Assembly: GCA_018817585.1 (NCBI GenBank)
Contig: JAHITE010000125.1
Location: forward strand, 12,580-76,579
DNA: 64,000 nucleotides
Direction: 5' to 3'
Origin: Candidatus Omnitrophota bacterium
Lineage (GTDB): Bacteria > Omnitrophota > Gorgyraeia > B26-G9
Shown here: positions 50,311-58,448 of the stretch, piece by piece
Layout of the letters: every line of letters starts with the position of its first letter
Numbering within the stretch: the first letter of the stretch is position 1
Notes under the pieces: model-generated
Database searches by the model: none
The model's input: only the letters and a program-made list of their open reading frames with translations
Told to the model about the DNA's origin: nothing
Position numbers and translations under genes: made by a program

Positions 50311-52167
50311 ATGAATTATCAAAAATCAAAATTCAGTTTAATATTCAAAATAATCTCTTTAGTGCTTATGCAGGCTTTTTTTATGATCGATATTGCTTGG
50401 GCAGGAGGAGAATTTATTATTACTAATACCCTCTCTAAAGCTTCTACTCTTGCGCCAAAAGTCACGTTAAACAGTATTGAAGTTTTTAATACTTATCTTT
50501 ATTTTCTTAAGGATTCAGGGACGGGTAGTGAAACCGAATTTCAGGAAACGGATTTAATAGAACCAGAAAAATATACTCCTCAAGGAGGCATATTAGGGCC
50601 TGAATTTATAGCGGATCAGCTGATTAGAGCCGTTAATTTAAAATATTCTATAAATGATGATATTGCTACTGCTGTAAATTTTGTCAGAAGGGATATCCTT
50701 GCAGGAGCCAATTACACAATAGAGGATTTTATTCAGGTTTTAAGAAAACAGACAGAATTAAAGGCTGCAGCGGATAGCCGGCTCAGCTATATGATTGAGG
50801 TGATCAATAAATATTTTATTTTTGATGAGATATTTGAGCCTAAAAATGATTTTGAAAAAAGGATAGCTGGTTATATAAATACAATTATTAGTGAACATAA
50901 TTCAACTCTGGGGAGTGAAGAAAAAAGTGATCGGATGCTTAGATTGCTTGATATTGTTGAAGCAAGAGATAAATTTCCAGGGGATTCTTTTAATAGGCCT
51001 TGGGCTTTGTTGACTATAGAATTTGAAGACGGTACGATAAGAACATATATTTTTAAAAAAGAAGTGTTGGGAGCGATGGAAAACTGGGGCTATTATATGC
51101 TCAAAACTCTTGGCATAGATGCTTCTAAAACAAGGAAATATGGAGAGAACTTATATTTGATTGTTCCTATAGGTAAGTTCAATCTGGGCAGAGTTAATGC
51201 GGAACAGTATTTAAATCATGAATTTGCCGAACGTTTAAGCTATTTGACAGGCAGAGCCGCGGTAAGAGCATTTATTTTGGGGTTGGCTGATAGAAAAACG
51301 AGTAATATGAGGGTTATCCTCGATGACTCAGGCCTGCCGCAGCAAATTATAAACGCTGATTTAGCTTCTTCTTTTACTTTCAGTAAAAAGGGCATGGAAC
51401 GCGTTGCAGTTAGTGAAGGTGTATGGTTACTAGGTGATATTTTAGCAGAGGCAAGAAAAGCTGGAGTGAGTAACAGAGGTTTAATTGAAATGATAGAAAA
51501 GTTTATGAACGGATTCAGATTGCAGCTAAGTGAGTTTCAGGATGGCTATTTATTTTTTAAGAATAGATTTGATAAATATGACCCCACGAACCAAGAGAAG
51601 CTTAGTTGGCAATGGGAACTTGCTTATCAGATGCAATCAAGGAAGTCGGTTGTGTTAGATAGAATAAATCCTTTAAATATTAATAATTATGAGATCAATA
51701 TATTCCTGTTAATGGAAATACTTTTAAGCCTCAAAAGCAGAAAATTCTTTAATGACGATGATTTCTTGAATATCGTTTTTAAAAAGAATGAGTTTGTTTT
51801 TGAAAAAACAGAGGATCTATTTAAAATGTTTAGACGTCAGGGAGTAGAGTTTTATAAAGACAATATTAAATTAATAGCAGATCTTTTGGAAGTGTTTAGT
51901 GATTTAGCGCATGAATTGGAAAAAAAAGAAAAGTATAATTCTGCGGTTATTTGCTATAGTTACGCGGTATATATAAGTAGTTTATTAGTTGAAAATGTGG
52001 AAGAAGATGCGCGTGATGGTTGGAGGCAACAAGAACAACTATTAAAGCAAGAGCTGAAAAAAATACGCGCGATTATAGCAGTTTCTGAAATAAAAGATGT
52101 TATGAGCAGAAATCCTTATTCAGGAGATATTGACTTTCAAGTTGAAACTATTAAACAGTCAATATGA
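50311..52167 (+). CDS. large secreted/anchored hypothetical protein with a protein-kinase-like catalytic-loop motif
   Basis: 618 aa; N-terminal signal (…MIDIAWA|GGEF); the kinase-like order is TIRTYIFKKE (beta3 Lys?), AMENWGYYML (alphaC Glu?), LYLIVPIG (hinge?), GLADRKTSNMRVILDDSG (D-x-K-x-x-N like HRDLKPEN) and NADLA (DFG-like?); this is inference only. Confidence 0.45.
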   Translation: MNYQKSKFSLIFKIISLVLMQAFFMIDIAWAGGEFIITNTLSKASTLAPKVTLNSIEVFNTYLYFLKDSGTGSETEFQETDLIEPEKYTPQGGILGPEFIADQLIRAVNLKYSINDDIATAVNFVRRDILAGANYTIEDFIQVLRKQTELKAAADSRLSYMIEVINKYFIFDEIFEPKNDFEKRIAGYINTIISEHNSTLGSEEKSDRMLRLLDIVEARDKFPGDSFNRPWALLTIEFEDGTIRTYIFKKEVLGAMENWGYYMLKTLGIDASKTRKYGENLYLIVPIGKFNLGRVNAEQYLNHEFAERLSYLTGRAAVRAFILGLADRKTSNMRVILDDSGLPQQIINADLASSFTFSKKGMERVAVSEGVWLLGDILAEARKAGVSNRGLIEMIEKFMNGFRLQLSEFQDGYLFFKNRFDKYDPTNQEKLSWQWELAYQMQSRKSVVLDRINPLNINNYEINIFLLMEILLSLKSRKFFNDDDFLNIVFKKNEFVFEKTEDLFKMFRRQGVEFYKDNIKLIADLLEVFSDLAHELEKKEKYNSAVICYSYAVYISSLLVENVEEDARDGWRQQEQLLKQELKKIRAIIAVSEIKDVMSRNPYSGDIDFQVETIKQSI

Positions 52168-52938
52168 AAACAGTGTGTAGCGTGTATTGTGGTAAATATG
52201 AATAAATCCTTTGAGATTGATAAGCGCAAGTCTTTTGAATTAAATAAGTTCTAACTTATCCTTCTGTTTTCAAAAAAATCTCCCGTTGATTTATCTGAGT
52301 TTTTGCCAAGCAAAGTAATTGTGACCTCTTGCTAAAATTATTACTTATGATGAGTTTTTGGCTAAAAACGGATCTTTAAAACCTTGGAGTATCTCTGCTA
52401 TAAAAAAAGAATAACATTACTTCTTTTGCGGTAGCTTTTATGGCTCATTCTTGAATAATGAGCCATAAATTACATAACTCAAGCAAAAAAAGATGATAGA
52501 TAAATTTTACGCTCAGTTATAAATTTTCTTGCGGTAAACCAGCAAGACCGGCAAACATAAACTGTGTTTTTGGCGCTGTGGAACTCACCCAGCTATGGCT
52601 GGGTTCAGACAGTCCTCGCGCCCAAAAGGGTTTCCAAAAACCCAATTTATATTTGCCTAAATTTATAAACGAGCTTAAAAATTCAATCATCATCTTTAGA
52701 AAAAGTCCACTTTATTTACGAAAGAACCGCTTTTATTAATAGTTCTATTTAATCTAGAGTGTTATTTCTCTTTGTTGTAACTGATTCCAATAAAAAAGTT
52801 TATAAAAATTAAACGCTTTACTCTAAGTATAAAATCATTGATTTTTACTCTAATTATAGTTATACTGAAAATAATATTTTATTCTTTTTTCAGAGTATAG
52901 AGCAGATATTAATTATTTAAAACACAAAGAGGATAACT

Positions 52939-53244
52939 ATGTTTATTATTGCGTACATTCTTGAAGGCATAGCCACGGTTTTAGGTCTGGCTTTGAGCAT
53001 ATACTATTATTTGCTTTTAGCCAGAGTATTGATCAGCTGGGTTAATCCTGATCCATACAATCAAATTGTGGTTTTTTTGCGTCAGATGACTGATCCGATT
53101 CTGGAGCCTTTACGCCGTGTGTTTTTGCCTTTAACAATGCAGATCAGAGTTGATTTGTCACCGATTCTTGCTTTTTTTATCATTGTTTTTCTGCAGAAAT
53201 CTTTGGTGGGAATGCTATTTCATATTGCCTATATGCTTAAATAA
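52939..53244 (+). CDS. yggT: YggT-family membrane protein
   Basis: 101 aa; ARVLISWVNPDP...TDPILEPLRRVF signature of YggT/Ycf19. Confidence 0.75.
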   Translation: MFIIAYILEGIATVLGLALSIYYYLLLARVLISWVNPDPYNQIVVFLRQMTDPILEPLRRVFLPLTMQIRVDLSPILAFFIIVFLQKSLVGMLFHIAYMLK

Positions 53245-53252
53245 GGGGAAAA

Positions 53253-54959
53253 ATGAAGAGCCCGAATAATATAATCAATAGACTGCTGGATTCAGTTATC
53301 GGAGTTGTCGGAGCCGCTTCTTTAGTTCTTTTGCTTATTGAGTGGGGAATGATGCCGATTATCAAAGGTATGGGGATTACCATGCTGGATAGAATTGATA
53401 ATATTGTTCTAGTAATATTTCTGCTCTCAGTTATCAGCCGTTTTATCAAATCTGAGTCAAAAAAAGAATATTTTAAGAATTACTGGATCGATCTTTTAGT
53501 ATTTGTTCCTTGTTTTTGTTTTTTTAAAGGAATTCATAACGCGAAGTTATTTCTTGTGATAAGAGAAGCGATTGTATTGTTTGGGTTTTGGCATAAGAAC
53601 AAGTTTTCCCAAAAGTTAATTAGTTTATTAGGCTTAAAACCAGCACATTTGCTGATAGCTAGTTTTATGATGACGATTCTGATCGGAACCTTTCTCCTTA
53701 CTTTGCCGATATCGACTCAGACCGGACAGGGTTTGAATTTTGTTGATGCTTTGTTTACTGCCACCTCCGCGACTTGTGTTACCGGGCTTATTGTGCGCGA
53801 TACAGGAACGTTTTTTTCTGGTTTTGGCCAGTTTGTGATTTTGGCTTTGATTCAGATTGGAGCTTTAGGAATAATGACATTTTCCGTAACTTTATTTTTG
53901 TTCGCGGGCAAACAAATGTCGAATAAGGAAGCAATGACTATGCAGGATGTTCTCGATCAGGACAGCCTTTCGGGAATAAGGGAACTGATTCATTTTATTG
54001 CTAAGATGACAATATTTGTCGAGTTGCTGGGAGCAATATTTTTGTATGTGGGATTTGAGCCTTATATCGCGGATCCCTGGCAAAGATTATACACCTCATT
54101 ATTTCACTCTGTTTCCGCTTTTTGTAATGCCGGATTTTCTTTGTTTAGCGATAATTTAATGCAGTATGTTAAGGATGATATTATTAATCTTACGATTGCT
54201 TTTTTAATTATTTTCGGCGGATTAGGGTTTATCGTAGTCAAGGATGTCTGGGGAAAATTTGTTAAAAAGGACCGGCCAAAAAGTTTAGGGCTTAAAGTCC
54301 ATACGAAAATTGTTCTTTCAATCACATTTTTTTTAATTCTCGCGGGAACAATCTGTATATTCTTCGCGGAAAATAACAGCGCTATTTTAAGCGGCATGAC
54401 TTTGAAGGATAAGATCTTAATTAGTTTTTTTCAGTCTGTTTCTACTCGAACTGCTGGTTTTAATACCATTGACATTGGGAAAATGGCCAATGCGAGTATT
54501 TTTAGTATGATTATTCTGATGTTTATCGGAGCCTCAGCTGGTTCAACCGGAGGGGGGATTAAGACAACCACATTTTGGATGCTGCTTAAATCATTTACCA
54601 GCAGCATGCACAGCAAAGATGATATTGATTCATTTAAACGCGAGATACCAAGAAGTATTGTGCAAAAATCCATGGCTATTTTCGTGTTGGCCTTGAGCTT
54701 TGTGATTATATTTATGTATTTAGTTTCTTTGTTTGAAAATTTAGCTTTTCGGGATCTGATATTTGAAGTGGTTTCTGCTTTTGGCACAGTTGGTTTATCT
54801 ACTGGAATTACGGCATCACTGCATTTGCCGGGTAAAATTCTAATAACCCTGCTTATGTTCTTAGGCCGGCTTGGCCCTTTGACAGTTGTTTTGGCTTTTT
54901 CCGGATATAAACAAAAAATAAATTACACCTTTGCCCAAGAAAAAATCATGGTAGGGTAA
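53253..54959 (+). CDS. Trk/Ktr-family K+ transporter membrane subunit (TrkH/KtrB) with N-terminal extension
   Basis: 568 aa; selectivity-filter-like TATSATCVTGL, SVSTRTAGFNT, GASAGSTGGGIKTTT, SAFGTVGLSTG; about 100 extra N-terminal residues with two TM helices. Confidence 0.85.
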   Translation: MKSPNNIINRLLDSVIGVVGAASLVLLLIEWGMMPIIKGMGITMLDRIDNIVLVIFLLSVISRFIKSESKKEYFKNYWIDLLVFVPCFCFFKGIHNAKLFLVIREAIVLFGFWHKNKFSQKLISLLGLKPAHLLIASFMMTILIGTFLLTLPISTQTGQGLNFVDALFTATSATCVTGLIVRDTGTFFSGFGQFVILALIQIGALGIMTFSVTLFLFAGKQMSNKEAMTMQDVLDQDSLSGIRELIHFIAKMTIFVELLGAIFLYVGFEPYIADPWQRLYTSLFHSVSAFCNAGFSLFSDNLMQYVKDDIINLTIAFLIIFGGLGFIVVKDVWGKFVKKDRPKSLGLKVHTKIVLSITFFLILAGTICIFFAENNSAILSGMTLKDKILISFFQSVSTRTAGFNTIDIGKMANASIFSMIILMFIGASAGSTGGGIKTTTFWMLLKSFTSSMHSKDDIDSFKREIPRSIVQKSMAIFVLALSFVIIFMYLVSLFENLAFRDLIFEVVSAFGTVGLSTGITASLHLPGKILITLLMFLGRLGPLTVVLAFSGYKQKINYTFAQEKIMVG

Positions 54960-55032
54960 AATAGCGTATAGCGATTAGCATTTAGGAAAAACATAAAGAG
55001 CTTAGCGGCTAATAGGTGATAGTCAATAGTTT

Positions 55033-55156
55033 GGCAAAAATTCTCTTTGAGCGGCGCTTTCGAACGTAATTTTGACAGGGATGTCAAAATAGTGAGAACG
55101 CGCGGCTGAGACTGCACGATGCAGACTCAGGCTTAGCGAAAAGATGTGTTTTTGCC
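55033..55156 (+). repeat. ~125-nt conserved intergenic element, copy 2, upstream of hemB
   Basis: About 92% identical to copy 1; hairpins TTTTGACA-ggga-TGTCAAAA and GAGACTGCA-cga-TGCAGACTC. Confidence 0.75.
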
Positions 55157-55277
55157 TGTAAAACAACTCTTTTTTTATCTTTGCTCGATATATCAGAGTT
55201 TAGCGGTTAGGAAAAGCGAATATAAAATGTCATAAGGATATAATTTATAATTGATGAGAATCTGAGGAGGAATAATA

Positions 55278-56333
55278 ATGTATTATCCGATTAAAAGATT
55301 AAGAAGATTGCGGAAAAATCATTTTTTGCGCGAGATGTTTAAGGAAACTGAGTTAAATGCGCGTTCTTTTGTTTATCCGGTTTTTGTGGTGGAAGGCCAG
55401 TCGATTAAGGATCCGATAGAATCCATGCCGGGCATGTTTAGAATGTCAGTGGATAATCTGCTTAAGGAAGTAAAAGAAGTAGAAGGACTGCATATTCCGG
55501 CAATAATGCTTTTTGGAATTCCGGAAAAGAAAGATGAAAGAGCAACCAGCGCTTATGCTAAAAACAGTATAGTTCAGGCCGCGATTAAAGCAATAAAGGA
55601 AAAATTCCCTAATCTTTTAATTATTACTGATGTTTGTTTATGCGCTTATACAACTTCCGGGCATTGTGGGATTGTGAAGAATATTATGGCCTCAACAAAT
55701 AATGAAACAGAAAAGGAAGAAGCTAATCCGGAAACAGGTAAGTCTAAGGAAATTGTTGTGTATAATGACGCGACATGTGAGCTTCTTGCTAAAATGGCGC
55801 TTTCCCACGCGGAAGCCGGCGTAGATATGGTTGCTCCCAGCAGTATGATGGATGGCCAGGTTTTGGCAATTAGAAAAGCTCTAGACGCGAATAATTTTAA
55901 ACATCTGCCGATTATGTCATATAGCGCTAAATTTGATTCCAGTTTTTATGGTCCATTTCGCGACGCGGCTAAATCATCGCCGGAATTCGGAGATAGAAAA
56001 ACCTATCAATTAAATCCGGCAAACGCGAATGAAGCAATGAAAGAAATTGAGCTGGATATTCAAGAAGGCGCTGATATTGTTATGGTTAAACCAGCCTTGG
56101 CTTATTTGGATATTGTAAGCAAAGCAAAACAGAATTTTGACTTACCCATAGCGGTGTATAATGTAAGTGGTGAATATTCCATGGTAAAAGCAGCGGCAGC
56201 TGCTGGACTGGTTGATGAAAAAGCAATTATCATGGAAATGCTGGTTTGCATGAAAAGAGCCGGAGCTGATTTGATTGTTACTTATCATGCTAAAGACGCG
56301 GCCAGATGGTTGAGTGGGAAATTTTTACTATAA
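55278..56333 (+). CDS. hemB: porphobilinogen synthase (ALA dehydratase), zinc type
   Basis: 351 aa; RLRRLRKN N-terminus, zinc site DVCLCAYTTSGHCG, Schiff-base lysine region; about 25-aa insertion KNIMASTNNETEKEEANPETGKSKEI. Confidence 0.93.
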   Translation: MYYPIKRLRRLRKNHFLREMFKETELNARSFVYPVFVVEGQSIKDPIESMPGMFRMSVDNLLKEVKEVEGLHIPAIMLFGIPEKKDERATSAYAKNSIVQAAIKAIKEKFPNLLIITDVCLCAYTTSGHCGIVKNIMASTNNETEKEEANPETGKSKEIVVYNDATCELLAKMALSHAEAGVDMVAPSSMMDGQVLAIRKALDANNFKHLPIMSYSAKFDSSFYGPFRDAAKSSPEFGDRKTYQLNPANANEAMKEIELDIQEGADIVMVKPALAYLDIVSKAKQNFDLPIAVYNVSGEYSMVKAAAAAGLVDEKAIIMEMLVCMKRAGADLIVTYHAKDAARWLSGKFLL

Positions 56334-56354
56334 ATATAGATCAAAAAGAAAGAT

Positions 56355-57377
56355 TTGATAATGTTGATTTCATGGAATATAACCAAAGCTTGTAATTTAG
56401 TGTGTGAACACTGCTATCGTGATGCTGGCGCTGCCCAAAAAGATGAGCTTACGTTAGAAGAAGGCAAAAAATTGCTTTTTGATCTAAAAGAACTTGGGTT
56501 TAAAATTGTTATTTTTTCCGGAGGCGAGCCGCTTTTAAGATCGGAATTATTTGATTGGATTAAGTACGCAAAGAGTTTAGGCTTGATCAGTGTTTTAGGC
56601 ACAAATGGAACATTACTTGATCTTGCTTGCGCCCAAAAACTAAAACAGGCTGGTCTTAAACGCGCGGGGATAAGTCTTGATTCTGTGGATCCGACCAGGC
56701 ATGATGCCTTTCGCTGTGTGCAAGGCTGCTGGCAAAAATCGATTGAAGGCATGAAACACTGCAAAGACGCGGGGCTGGAGTTTCAGGTGCATACTACAGT
56801 CACAACGAAAAATATAAATGAAGTTTTGGCAATAACTGACTTAGCCCAGGAGCTGGGGGCTGAAGCGCATCACATTTTTTTTCTAGTGCCTACCGGGCGA
56901 GGCAAAGATATTGATAATGTTATTCCTTCAGCCGCGGAATACGAACGTTTGCTCGGTGAGATTTTAGAAAAACAAAAATCAGTAAAACTGGAATTAAAGC
57001 CGGTTTGCGCGCCGCAGTTTATGCGGATTGCCGCGGAGAAAAAAATAAAAACTCGGTTTAATAAAGGCTGTTTATCCGGAGTGAGCTATGCTTGTGTCCT
57101 GCCCAATGGGGATGTTCATCCCTGTCCTTATATGCCGATTCATTTAGGTAATGTTCGGGAGCTGGGATTTAAGAAAATATGGCAAGAAAATAAAGTGCTT
57201 AATGATTTAAGAAAAATGGCGTGGCAGGGTAAATGCGGTATCTGCGAGTATAAAAAAATGTGTTCTGGCTGCCGGGCCACAGCTTATTTTCAAACAGGGG
57301 GCAATTATTTAGGGGAAGATACTAATTGTAATTATGAGCCAAAAAGAAAAAGAGATTCTCAAAGTATTGCAATCTGA
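56355..57377 (+). CDS. radical SAM/SPASM enzyme, probable heme synthase AhbD of the alternative heme pathway
   Basis: 340 aa; CNLVCEHCY CxxxCxxC cluster motif; C-terminal SPASM cysteines CGICEYKKMCSGC; context hemB - radical SAM - two NirDL-like genes. Confidence 0.65.
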   Translation: MIMLISWNITKACNLVCEHCYRDAGAAQKDELTLEEGKKLLFDLKELGFKIVIFSGGEPLLRSELFDWIKYAKSLGLISVLGTNGTLLDLACAQKLKQAGLKRAGISLDSVDPTRHDAFRCVQGCWQKSIEGMKHCKDAGLEFQVHTTVTTKNINEVLAITDLAQELGAEAHHIFFLVPTGRGKDIDNVIPSAAEYERLLGEILEKQKSVKLELKPVCAPQFMRIAAEKKIKTRFNKGCLSGVSYACVLPNGDVHPCPYMPIHLGNVRELGFKKIWQENKVLNDLRKMAWQGKCGICEYKKMCSGCRATAYFQTGGNYLGEDTNCNYEPKRKRDSQSIAI

Positions 57378-57780
57378 TTTTCCAATCATTGAAAATCCCT
57401 ATCAAGTGTTGGCCAAGCGTTTGGGGATTAGTCCTAAACAATTATTATTAAAAATAGAAAAATTTAAACAAAATAAAACTATCCGGAGAATCGGGGCGGT
57501 TGCCTCCGCCGCGCATTTGGGTTACAAAAGCATGCTGATCGCCGCGCGGGTTAAGCCTGAATCAGTGGAAAAAACCGCGGCTTTTATTAATTCCTTTGAA
57601 AATGTTACGCATAATTATCTGCGCAAAGCAGAATATAATTTATGGTTTACTTATAGCGCTAAGACAAGCAAGCAGATAAACAGTTTTATTGCTAAGATAA
57701 AAAAACTAAAGGGAGTAGAAGAAGTGCTGGTTTTACCAGCTACCCAGACTTTTAAAATAAAAGCGGAGTTTAAGTTTTGA
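57334..57780 (+). CDS. siroheme decarboxylase subunit (AhbA/AhbB, NirD/L/G/H family)
   Basis: 148 aa; Lrp/AsnC-like N-terminus EILKVLQSDFPIIENPY...IRRIGAV typical of NirDLGH/AhbAB. Confidence 0.6.
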   Translation: MSQKEKEILKVLQSDFPIIENPYQVLAKRLGISPKQLLLKIEKFKQNKTIRRIGAVASAAHLGYKSMLIAARVKPESVEKTAAFINSFENVTHNYLRKAEYNLWFTYSAKTSKQINSFIAKIKKLKGVEEVLVLPATQTFKIKAEFKF

Positions 57781-58250
57781 ATAAACTTACTGAATTGCAA
57801 AAGAATATATTAAACTTCTTACAGCAGGATATACCCGCTAAAGAACATCCTTATTCGGAAATAGCATTAGAGAATAATGTCGATGAAAAAACAATAGTCA
57901 GCCAGATTAAGCTACTAAAAAATATAGGATATATCCGAAGATTCGGCGCGATATTAGCGCATCATAAAGTGGGCTTAAAAGCCAATTGCATGTGTGTTTG
58001 GATTGTTCCTGAAAATAAAGTAAAAAAAATAGCTGATCGCGTGAAAAAAATAGCACAGATAAGTCATTGTTATTCGCGGAAAACCACAAAAAAATGGCCT
58101 TATAACTTTTATACAATGATTCATGGTCAGACAAAAAAACAATGCTTTGAAGTAATTGAATTTTTAGCTAAAACAGCTAAACTTAATGATTATCGCGTGC
58201 TTTTTACGGAAAAACAGTTTAAAAAAACCAGTCCGAAATACAGGGTTTAG
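57777..58250 (+). CDS. siroheme decarboxylase subunit (AhbB/AhbA, NirD/L/G/H family)
   Basis: 157 aa; paralogous architecture ILNFLQQDIPAKEHPY...IRRFGAI. Confidence 0.6.
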   Translation: MNKLTELQKNILNFLQQDIPAKEHPYSEIALENNVDEKTIVSQIKLLKNIGYIRRFGAILAHHKVGLKANCMCVWIVPENKVKKIADRVKKIAQISHCYSRKTTKKWPYNFYTMIHGQTKKQCFEVIEFLAKTAKLNDYRVLFTEKQFKKTSPKYRV

Positions 58251-58278
58251 CATTTAGGGTGTAGGGTTTAGAATTTGG

Positions 58279-58403
58279 GGCAAAAATTCTCTGCGAGCGG
58301 CGCTTTCGAACGTAATTTTGATAAGGATATCAAAATAGTGAGAACGCGCGGCTGAGCCTGCACGATGTAGGTTCAGCCTTAGCGAGAAGACGTGTTTTTA
58401 CCT
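58279..58403 (+). repeat. ~125-nt conserved intergenic element, copy 3, upstream of hemL
   Basis: About 88% identical to copies 1 and 2; both hairpins retained through compensatory changes (TTTTGATA-agga-TATCAAAA; GCTGAGCCTGCA-cga-TGTAGGTTCAGC with G-U pairs). Confidence 0.75.
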
Positions 58404-58448
58404 TTGTAAAACCTTTGACAGGCTTAAGGCGAATAGGAAAAATAAAAA

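Noticed and set aside
52168-52938. tRNA, tmRNA or RNase P RNA in the large non-coding regions 13650-14010 and 52168-52938.
   Set aside because: By eye, no T-loop GTTCRANYC with a proper stem was found. The tmRNA 5' GGGGCUGAUUC and the alanyl-tag reading frame were absent. RNase P conserved GGAAAGUCCGG and ACAGAA-CCGGCUUA were absent on either strand. A covariance-model scan is still required to be sure.
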